Below, one piece after another: positions 52,891 to 64,000 of a stretch of 64,000 nucleotides of DNA (positions are counted from its first letter, which is position 1; every line of letters begins with the position of its first letter). Under the pieces are notes generated by a model. It saw only the letters and a list, made by a program, of their open reading frames with translations, was not told the DNA's origin and ran no database searches. The stretch is from assembly GCA_951406725.2 (NCBI GenBank), contig OX597815.1:112654001-112718000 (forward strand), read 5' to 3'. Made by a program: the position numbers and the translations under genes. The stretch is from Octopus vulgaris (lineage: Eukaryota).

Positions 52891-54431
52891 TTTACCTTTT
52901 TTTTAATGCTGAGAGTTGAGTCAAATTTATTAAAAGGTCTCAGGTGACTGAGATCTGTAGTTTCACCAAGAGGCTTATTCAATATGACAGACAGATTAAG
53001 CCGTCAGCGAAAATTTGAAGTCCCAGACAGTACAGATTTTATAATAAACGTAGATGAAAATATAAAAGTTAAACACAAAAAAGAATTATTGAAACAAGAA
53101 AGTTTGACGAACATACTTTACATTTTTTATATATTTCGTTTCAGTGATATATAGTTTTATGTTCCGTTTTAACTCACATTTTCCCTTCAACCACGTAGGC
53201 GATACCAAGTAATATCAGACGCTGTTTCATAGCAATTTATATTTTTTTGGCAACAATTTATTTCAGTTTTGTTTTGACTGCGAATTTGAGAAACACTATA
53301 TTTCAAACAGAACTTTCAGTTATAAGGGGTATTTGGTATAGAGACTATATACATTAGAACTCAGCAAAAGTTATAATAAGGAAACTTTTTGATTTCCCCA
53401 CATGAAGATTTTTTCTTTGCATCCCTGTCCATATTTATTTATTCCAACACTGCAGTAGTCTGATCTATTAAAAGAACGCTACGAATGTCAATTCAATTTC
53501 ACCAAATGATATTGAATAAAACAATAGTGTAAAATGTTGATTAGTTGGAAATAAGATATTTTTAGAGGCGAATGAAATAAAAGGTTATGCCAAAGCAGAT
53601 GTTTATACAGTTCCCAACATTCTTACTATTTACCAACTATTAAGACTTCGAATAGTGAGTACGTTTATTTCTATTTTCTTGGCGGTTAGCATATTGAAGT
53701 AATCAACTGAACTTGTGCCTATAAGGAAAAAATGCAACGTTAGCATTTCTTGTCCAAGAAAGGCAAGACAAATAGCTCCCAAACCTAAACTGATCAGCAT
53801 TAGAACGGAGCATTGTGTGAATGGAACACACGTAATGTAGTGAATTCTTTAGTTCATATTAGTTAACACTGTCACGACCATGGTAGAGGATAGCATTCCA
53901 TCCCGACGTTAATATCCGTTACGAAGACACAATGCCTTCATTTAACTGACAGTTATCAGAAGCTAAAAATCTGATGTCTCCTTTTAATGCAAGTATTCTC
54001 AAAAATTTCGCTTGGGCCAAATATTTTAAGAAACCAACACAAGTACATTTACAAAATGTAAATGATTTCCCCCTAAACTGTAATTAAAACATGTCGAATT
54101 AGATCCAACCTGCAGTTCCTTTATGGAATGTGGCTTAAATTTGTAAGGCACATTCAGCAGGTCAGCAGAAATATATTTTCAGAGGAAAGGCAAGTAACAA
54201 AGGAGATCTGTTCTTTTACAAGGAGTGTATGTAATCGCCTGCACTGTGTTACTGGTAACTGGTACTTATTTGCATTATCAGTATTGTCAGCCATTCGAAA
54301 ATAAAAATCTAACAATGTGCAAATTGACGCTTACGAAAAGAAAGTTTTGTGGGGTAGTTCAGCAGTTTACGATAGCCCTTTATTCATAGGAATCATTATT
54401 GACATTTTTAGTGTTGCTCTGTGTGTATGTA

Positions 54432-54488
<57 letters not shown>

Positions 54489-54699
54489 ATGCGAGAGAGA
54501 GAGAGAGTTACTTCTGTATGTACAACACAAAGTAAATCTCAGATCTGAAGTAAGTTTCAATATTACAAAACTTTATTCTTCGTTAAATATGAATGTAAAC
54601 CCATTCATTTCGCACTACATGCATTTATATATGTTCATAACACATTGAAGAAGGTGCGTCTTATCTACTCACCAAAGTGAATGGAGCTTTGACCAGGAG

Positions 54700-55435
54700 G
54701 GACTGATGTCAACACACGATATTCAACGGTCATTGTGTGTTCCGAACCTGAACCGTAACACCCACCCGTTGGTGAAGGAGCAGAGGTGGCCCGATGACTG
54801 CTCCTCATCTCCTCCTGGCTTCCAGCTTAACTATTCTCTCTTGCACCATAACCAGCAAGAGGCTTTTTTCTATTGCCTCTCCCATATTGCGCACAGCCAC
54901 ACTTTCTTCTCATTCCAATGGTTGTAAGCATCCTCCATACCTATTTCTTTACTACCCACAAGAGGCTAAACACAGAGAGGACAAACAGGGACAGACAAAC
55001 GGATTAAGTCGATTACATCGACCCCAGTGCGTAACTGGTACTTAATTTATCGACCCCGAAAGGATGAAAGGCAAAGTCGACCTCGGTGGAATTTGAACTC
55101 AGAACGTAAAGCCAGACGAAATACTGCTCAGCATTTCGCCCGGTGTGCTAACCTTTCTGCCAGCTCGCCGCCTTACCTTGTATTTAGATTTTCATTGACC
55201 TTTAAATAAGCATCCTCCATACCGACTGACTAAAATCAATTTCCTGCAGAGGCTTCTCGTACTTGGTACGCTTTAATTCGTAGGCCTCATATCACCATTC
55301 TTCCCACGGGACTGTAAGATCGATCAAGATTATTTTCTTCGTCCTTTCAGACCACAGAACGACATCTGGCTTAAGGTTTCTATGGACGACTTGCGGAAAC
55401 TGCAGTCTCTCCCCTAGGTCCACCTTCATATCCCT
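54700..55435 (-). pseudogene. HERO-like non-LTR retrotransposon 3' end (REL endonuclease), interrupted by a SINE
   Basis: Minus-strand translation WDMKVDLGERLQFPQVVHRNLKPDVVLWSERTKKIILIDLTVPWEE..EAYELKRTKY, then SQSVWRML and SCWLW-like motifs. Confidence 0.8.
54942..55174 (-). mobile_element. SINE family C inserted in the HERO-like fragment, 17-bp TSD
   Basis: TSD TAAGCATCCTCCATACC at 54925-54941 and 55207-55223. Confidence 0.9.
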
Positions 55436-57174
55436 TGACTGGGATATATAAGTGTATGTGTATATATGTGTGTGCGCGCGCTCATGCGTGTGTGTATGTA
55501 TTTTGGGAATAAGATAAAAAATTTAATGTGAATTCACATTAATTTTCATTTTATTCCCAAAACCACTTCAGGCTAAGTCACAAAGGGCACTCTTATATAG
55601 AAATACAAATTCGGTAGGGTTCAACTTTTGATTTGATGTGTAAATTTAGAAACTGTGAAATATAATTGAACAACATTAATACCTAGAAATTTGCATCTTT
55701 TTGCCCTAGGTTAATTGTATTTAGATTTTCATTGACCTTTAAATAAGACTTAAAACCTTGGTGCCAATTTCAACATATTAAGGGATTTTCTAGAACTGTT
55801 TTGAATTCTGAAAGTAGATGAAAATGTGCAGTCCTTCAGACAAATAGCTAGCAGTGGGGATAAACCCCAATACGAATTGTAGTAGCACCACTCACACTCA
55901 TAGCAATCATTTTTTCATAATCTTTCGCCTGCCATCTTCCTATCATCTCTCTCTCTCTCTTTTCTCTTTCTTTCTCTCATTCTTTCTCTTTCCCTTTCTC
56001 TCACTCTCCCTCACACACACCCTCTCTTTGCCTCTCTCTTTCTCTATCTTTCAATTTTCTCTCCTACATACACACACGCGCACATATACAAAGGAATATA
56101 TACACATAAAGTACACACATGCTAACAATCACATACACTCACAAGCATAGAAAGAAGAAACGAAAGAAAGAAAGAGAGAAAAGAGAGTAGTTATCCAATC
56201 CATATCGTCCCATTCAGGACAAAATAGGTACCTGTCAGGCAGTTGTAACAGCCTGAGCACATTTGTAGTACTTTTACACCTCATATCTTTTCTGCCTCAA
56301 TTTACGCTAACATATTACGTTTATACGTCTAACATGCAAGTTCAATCACCCACTAACACCAGCGAGTGAGCCGTTCCTAAATAGGCTTCTAGAAGCATGA
56401 AAAAGTTCCCCACCAACATACGGCAGAGACATAACCATTCGCAATTTCAAAGACACGGTCTTTGTTACTATTCACAACCAATTTTCTGACAATTTTCGAT
56501 TTCTCGAAACTCATGCCTTTCCGAAATAACGATGCTATATAGCATCATGCTGACTGACTGAAGGATCCCTAGATCTTGCGATTTTCGAAGAAAAGCGCAA
56601 ATGACTATTTGTCTTAACTTCTGATCTCACTGATGGCTACCATATCTATTCCTAGTGACATGAAATACTCAAGTTTTTGACGTTGCTGCCACGCCAACTA
56701 CTTGCAATCATTTAGACTTCTTCCAACATATTGACCATAAGTCTGTCTTTCTGTAATTTTAAAACGAAATACTCAGAGTTCGCCCGATTTCGTTTGTGAT
56801 TCGTCGTGAATACTACAATACTAGTTAGAGGAAAATGGTTTGAAATTACAGGACCACTAAATGATTGCCTTCTGGTGAAAACCTCACCGACATAAATCAA
56901 AAGATATCAAAATGAATGTGGCCCAGGGGATGTGACATCTTTCGCTCTCAACATAAACAGGGAAAAGATGTTTTGGAGTGATAGGTGCTTGTAGAATCAC
57001 GTACTAATTTCATAACTCACTTTATTATAGTTTGTTTAAGCTGCTCGCCCTTTCATTTTACACAAACACACACACACACACACATATGACTTTTCCCTCA
57101 CCCCTCCTTTTTGTATAACATTGTGTAAAATGCGTTTAGGACATAGTAATCAATAAATGTGTGCGCGTGTCTAA

Positions 57175-57385
<211 letters not shown>

Positions 57386-58892
57386 GTTTATCGAAACATT
57401 ATGCAACTTTTATTACTTTGCCTACCCCTACAGATATTATCTTCGGCGTTATTTTAAACAATTTAACAGGATTATATCTGAGATAGGAATCTATAAGCTC
57501 AATAAGTGTGACTTTATCTATTAGACTATTTACATTGAACAAGTAATCATATTTCATTAATGAATAGGAAATTTTCATATGGCGTCTGCCAAATGAAAAC
57601 AGTATTATCTAAAGTTTACGTTTTTCAACGAATTATTGCAGATTCTTTTCAATGATATCTAATACAAAGCGAAATAAGTGATAAGGTATGCTTTAGCATT
57701 TATACGAATTACACAATTATGTCTGTGCATTTATTGGTTTTAAACTATTGATCATTAGTACGTAAAATTCTAAATTAAAATAAACTTCAAAGAAAGAAGT
57801 TGTCAGGAAACAGAAATTGCTAAACGGTAGATTAACAGTAAGTATTTTGCTATAGAACAATATATTTTGATTTCAAATTCCATCGTTCTGATTTTAAATT
57901 TGACTATTAAAATCGCAGGGATACCTATGTGTGATTTGGGATGTTTTAATCCTTTACTCATATAGGTATAGATTTCACACTGAAAACAGAAAAAGTTCAT
58001 TTGCGTTACATGTTATCAGGATAGATAATGGATTAATATTTTAGAAAGAAACTACTTTTAGTGATAAATGTATTTTACGCCCACCTCATTTAACAGAAAA
58101 AATGCACCAAGTGTGAAGCAATCTTGTCCACTTTGATTTGTAGCTTTGCATTCCTCGTGCTAGAAAGACCTACAACCCCAAAATTTCTTTTTAGTTCGCA
58201 CTCAGTGCCACTGCAAGAAATAAAGTTAAAGGACAGTGCCTACAACAAGAAACCCTGTCATTGTGCATCGCACGACTACTAAAATGCTACCAAGAGAATT
58301 TCTGTAAATTTTCAAAATTGTTTTCACTCATAGTTCTTAGTTCTCCTCAACTAAGATTGCTGTAGAAGTAATACATCTGCAGTTAATTCATAACCGTTGC
58401 TGCCCACTTCAATTCAAACGCTGTACATGCACAAACAAAACTACGTTTAACGTATTTTCTCAATCGTTGTCTTCTATCTCACCATTTTAGTCGACAAGTG
58501 ATAGGCAGAATATATTACTAAACACTTATTGTTAAGTAGCTACACTTACGCATGTTTCAGACGTTATACAGACATTTTATATAACATAATTTGTGGACAA
58601 CAAGGTTGTTAGTTCAAGATTTCCAAACAGGTCACTCAACGAACCAATGAATTTCCAACAGTGAGAGTGACAAGAGGCTACCAGTGTAATTCAGTGCACG
58701 ATTTTACTAACTACACAAAATTACCTAGCTCCGTTTCTGAACAGTCGCAAATGACTCTGGTATGTTTTTGTAGTTTGTTATTCAATACCTTGTCATCGAT
58801 ATTAAGTGGACTAACGGTTAAACGCATTTCGTCAATGTCAGTACCACTTTTTGTATATGACATCCTGTCAGTACCGGTTTATTTCAATTTCA

Positions 58893-58977
58893 TGCTAGAA
58901 ATAGCAGCCAAATCTCACTCAAATTTCAATCACTGCGTGATTGTAATTTGAGTAAGATTTGGTTGCTATTTCTAGCA
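58893..58977. mobile_element. Small hairpin/MITE core with TGCTAGAAATAGC termini
   Basis: TGCTAGAAATAGCAGCCAAATCTCACTCAAATT / AATTTGAGTAAGATTTGGTTGCTATTTCTAGCA; the same terminus recurs near 20960, 28578 and 59521. Confidence 0.7.
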
Positions 58978-60794
58978 GCTCAAGTTAGTACTTAGAGATT
59001 CGGTGTCAAGTTTGAGAAGTCATGAAAAAACCAAAAGAACAGCAAATTACTTTTTTTTAGAATATTCATCTAATTTTACGCTGCTACTTTAAAGATTTTA
59101 TTCTACTCATTCCAACTACTGAATTCGCATATCTTCCACATTATTCTCAACAAATGAATTTCAATATCTTACAATTGAAATGCAACAGAATGCCTTCCAG
59201 ACAAACAACATTCATACGGATGTTTTACTTTGCTCCCGTCTGACTGTAACCTAAAGCATCTTTAACATTATTCCATTGTATGGCATTTGGTCGTGCATAT
59301 GTGTGTGTGATATTTCTTTGTTATTGAGGATTTTAGATATTGATTTTTTTCCTACTTGATTCTTGTCGCTGCTACTGCTATTTAATTTAAAATCAACCAA
59401 AACAATACCCATTCCAGCCATAACCATCTTGACTTTTTCGTATAAATCTGCAGCTACATTATCTAATGTTCTGCCCTTTTTTTATTTAAGTTAGTGAAGT
59501 TTGATACATGTTAATTGTTCGCTATTTCTAGAAGTTCAAGTGAAATGCTTATAATAAAGTTGTTCTACAATACTTTAGAAAAAACTTTCGCAATTATACG
59601 GTTTTTCCTTGTTTGAATATACAGTTCCTCGACACAAAAATATTCACATTTCATAGCTTACTTTAATAAAACACAAAACCAGAAATTTTGTGAAATATGT
59701 TGGTTGATTAGTTAAGGACAAAATTGAATTCCGAGGAGTTTGAACTCAGAACGTAAACAGCCAGAACAAATAACGCAGTTTTTGTTTGAAACCATGTTAC
59801 TATCAACTTATCACTCTCATTCCTAACTTAGGTTATATATTATTATATTTCTAATATTATAAGTAGCACATTAAAGCAATGAGATGGCAAAATTGTTAGC
59901 ACGTCGGGCTACAGAGGTCGACTGCTTTTCATCCCTTCCGAAGTTGATAAAATAAATTACTATTAGAAATAGACAAGAAATCTTCCTCAAATGACACCCT
60001 CCTGCATTATAAAAGACTTTCTGAATAATGTGGCTCTGGAATAATGACGAGAAGGTGATGGCTTGAAAGCCTTTGATTATGGATTGTTCCACCAGAATTG
60101 GTGCCTGGTATCAGCAACAACAAACAACGGTAACCGCAAAACTGCTCACATATTTGGGAGAGTAATGCATACAGACTTCCCAGACATAACAGTTCAAAGA
60201 AAGGTATCAGTCACCTAGTAACCACTAACTCACGCTCTTTCTTCTCTCTAACTTTTTACAATCAGAGTCACAGTCTCTACTCCTCGGAACTCTGTTTATA
60301 TAAAGTTATCCATCGGTCAGAGTTGATTTATAGTTTTGCAAATGGAACGCTTCGCTCCGAGGCGGAGTAAGGATTCTTTGGGTTTCTGACTCTCGCTTTT
60401 CTCCGTGCGCATATCGATTTATTATCAACTGGCAAATAATTTGTTTGCTGGTTTATAAACAAGAATCAAAAACTCTTGATACATTCATTAGTCCGGTGTA
60501 GCTTTAGACGAGATTACACAATGATGTCGAAACTCCGGATGACTCAAAGTCTCCTCACCATAATGAATGGTATGTATTATGAACACGGGTTAGTCTGAAA
60601 GGAGAACTTGTTCTCCAAACATAAAACACAACAGCGATTAGTACATACGCGTTTAAATCAGCAGGAGCGTATTGACAATGAACATGTACGTCATCCTTTA
60701 CGAGTCATCGTTATTTCGTTATTTCGCACATCACGATTTATCATTATTTTGATAGGGTAGGTGGATAGGTACAAAGACGAAGGAGGAGGGATAC

Positions 60795-60990
60795 GGCGAT
60801 GTAGTAGAACCGTTAATAGAACTGGGCAAAATACCTAACGGCATTTCGTCCGACTTTATGTTCTAAGTTCAAATTTCGCCGAGGTCGACTGCCTTTGATC
60901 TCTTCGAGGTCGAAAAGTACTGGGATAGATGTAATCAATTATTGCCCTCCACCCCCCACTAATTGCGGGCCTTGTACTTATAGTAGAAAG
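60795..60990 (+). mobile_element. SINE family C, diverged
   Basis: GGCATTTCGTCCGACTTTATGTTCTAAGTTCAAATTTCGCCGAGGTCGACT. Confidence 0.75.
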
Positions 60991-62205
60991 GACTATTTAG
61001 CTGTTTGTGCTTAATTGCTGACTTTCTATATTATCCAGCCATCTCTTCCCTTCCACATTTACTCCACCGGTTTTCCAACCCAAACTGTCTCCGTATCCCT
61101 CCTCCTTCGTATTTGTACCTATCCACCTACCCTAATTTTTGTTTCTCTCACTTCTATAGCATCTCTTTCACTCAATTTAAACGTATGTTCATATCTTCGA
61201 CCACAGTCGAACAATGATGATGATGATATCTTCTATATTAAATTATATACGGTTTAAATTAGATATTTAAAAAACTAACATTACTATAATTATTCTAAAC
61301 AAAGCTAATTTATTTTAATTTTGATTTTGTTTGGCCGTTTAAAATGATTTTAATTGTCATGATCGATTAACTATTTCTATATCACTTGCAGATCTTTTAA
61401 AATACTCTCTCAACATTTATTACTTTCTTCCCACATTTTATACCAATGTGGGCAAATTCTATAATTATGTGCTCACCTCTTCCTATAAACTTTTATCTTT
61501 AATACGCAGACTACATTCCTATCCTCCTGTCACCTTTTCTTTTCTTTTTTCTTCTTCGTTTCGCTGTTCAACCCTCACTCACTCACATAATATCTTCCAA
61601 TGATTTCTCCTCAATGCCACTCAACACTTTCCTGTCTACACTCCATAGTTTATCACCGTTATCATGTTACACGCCTATCCTCTTTTCATCACTTTTGACT
61701 CTCTAAATATTTCTTTTAACTTCGAATTCTCTATCCCTCTTCTCTCTCATTCTTTTACCTAACATTCCTGACATCACATAACTCCCTTCTTATTTTCTAG
61801 CCTTTCCGTTTCCCTAAATTTCACTTTGAGTTATCTCAAGGCTTTCTCTCTCTCGTTCTTATTTCATATATCCGCCTATATTCCTATATTCAATTCATAT
61901 TCCAATATCTCGTTAACTTTTCATTTCTTTTTCATTTTTTTTTATTAATCTTTTTCAGGTTTGGTTTTTTTTAATACCTTACTATGATTTTTCTGTCTCT
62001 CACCTCTGTTTTTTTTTTATAGCACTATGCCTCTCTAGAAACTAGTGATAATGCATATAGTGGTGGCGATTGTCGACCGACCTCTTTTATTGAAAGAAAC
62101 TTCAGTCAAAATATCCGGGAGAAGATATAAGAAAAAAAGGAAGACATATCTCCTTCATTTCTTACTTCAATTTCTCTTTTATTAGATTGCAGCGAAACAA
62201 GTTTT

Positions 62206-62279
<74 letters not shown>

Positions 62280-62450
62280 AAGATGAACAGGCAGACGGAC
62301 GGACGGGTGGATGGATAAACGGACAGAAGAATGGATGGATGGATGAATGGATGGATAGACGGGCTGACGGACGGACGGATTGGTTGGATAGATAGGCAGG
62401 CAGACAGCTAGGTGGGCAGGCAAGCACAAACAGACAGATAGACAGACAGA
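62206..62450. repeat. (GATA)n grading into (GGAT)/(GACA)-type tetranucleotide repeats
   Basis: Visible runs. Confidence 0.9.
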
Positions 62451-62473
62451 TCAATCAATCATATACATCTATG

Positions 62474-62542
<69 letters not shown>

Positions 62543-63283
62543 GCCTATATGATATTCATTATAAATCATAAATATTAATATATATATAATATACAGTATA
62601 GTTTATAAATATATATATAATATACATTCCATATTTTTAGATCATAAACATATATGTGTGTGTGCATGAATGCGTGTGTGTACGTAACATCATAAGCAGA
62701 TGATATAAATATATATTATGCATTATATGAGTATACAGATAATGTAATTATACACACACACACACGTGTGTGTACGTGCATGTGTGTGTGTGTGTGTGTG
62801 TAAATTCATATCTTACATTTTGAAAACGTATTTACGTATGTGAATTTCTTTCCTATTTTGCAATATTTATGTGGAAGATTCTAGAATATCTCCCAGATTA
62901 TGGTATACAATTGTAAAAGCCCCAGACAAACGAGTGAAATCTATATGTTAACTCCTCAAATTCTCACCTAGGCATACAATAGAGCAATAGCTATAAATTT
63001 AAAAGTTTTACAAAACGTGAGCAAAGTCTCGCCTGAGACTTTAAAAATAGAATTTAAATATTTTCTAATATAACCGGACATCCATCAACATTGGGTTACA
63101 ATTAAACCAGTCTCCAAAAAATCATCACTTTGTTAATTAAAGATGCACCTTGAAATAAAGATCGAAACTGAGATATTGGACCGCTTGAAATGTTTAGTAT
63201 GGTAGAGCCAGGAGAGAACACTTTATAACCATCCTGCAGAAATAAACTATATATACATATATTCCTATATATATATATATATA

Positions 63284-63653
63284 GGCGTAGGAGTCGCTGT
63301 GTGGTAAATAGCTTGCTTACCAACCACATGGATCCGGGTTCAGTCCCACCGCATGGCATCTTGAGCAAGTGTCTTCTACTATAGCCTCGGGCCGACCAAA
63401 GCCTTCTGAGTGGATTTGGTAGACGGAAACTGAAAGAATCCCGTCGTATATATGTATATATGAATATGTATGTGTGTGTATATGTTTGTGTGTCTGTGTT
63501 TGTTCCCCAACCGATGCTGTTGTGTTTGCGTCACCGTAACTTAGCGGTTCGGCAAAAGAGATCGATAGAATAAGTACTAGGCTTACAAAGAATAAGTCCT
63601 GGGATCGATTTGCTCGACTAAAGGCGATGTTCCAGTATGGCCGCAGTCAAATG
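63284..63653 (+). mobile_element. SINE family A, 3'-truncated
   Basis: Near-identical to the 2300 copy; follows (TA)n. Confidence 0.9.
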
Positions 63654-64000
63654 CGTGGTGTCTGCACGCAGGAAAAATATAGGAAAATGTGTTGTTGAAA
63701 ATGCACTTAAATTTCAAAAGCTCGTTTAAAATACATTTATTTACATATATACCAAACTAGTTTCAACAATATTTTTTGTGTATCAATGGTAAAAGTGTAA
63801 GATTAGAAAAACATTGTTATAAGTTTCAATGTTGACAAATTAAAATGTTTCAATGTTTTTAAATTAAAATGTCGCAATGTTGATTAATTATCATATTCAA
63901 AACAGAAGGTGTAAGTTTGAAATTAAAACTGTATATTGATTTGTTAGAATGTACAAGGTTCATTAATTTCAGTAGTGGTCGACAAGTCATACTGAAAAAA

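Overview
AT-rich, microsatellite-saturated eukaryotic intergenic or intronic DNA. The repeat landscape resembles a coleoid cephalopod (Octopus-like) genome; this is inference. No host protein-coding gene can be supported, and most ORF-track entries are translations of (TA)n/(CA)n/(CATA)n/(GATA)n repeats. The window is a graveyard of mobile elements: one near-full-length, lightly frameshifted RTE-clade LINE (~47.4-51.3 kb); fragments of CR1-like, R4/Dong-like and HERO-like non-LTR elements; Penelope-like (PLE) RT and GIY-YIG fragments; mariner/Tc1 relics; several MITEs; and about 20 copies of three tRNA-derived SINE groups. The most striking signal is seven hammerhead ribozyme motifs between 35.2 and 46.1 kb. 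One lies in a tRNA-headed (Pol III-type) SINE-like unit, one in a 358-bp tandem retrozyme-like monomer, two are mirrored in a 380-bp spacerless palindrome, and three are decayed. Next to them is a 184-bp monomer with the same tandem-plus-inversion architecture but no recognisable ribozyme. All coordinates and folds were read by eye.
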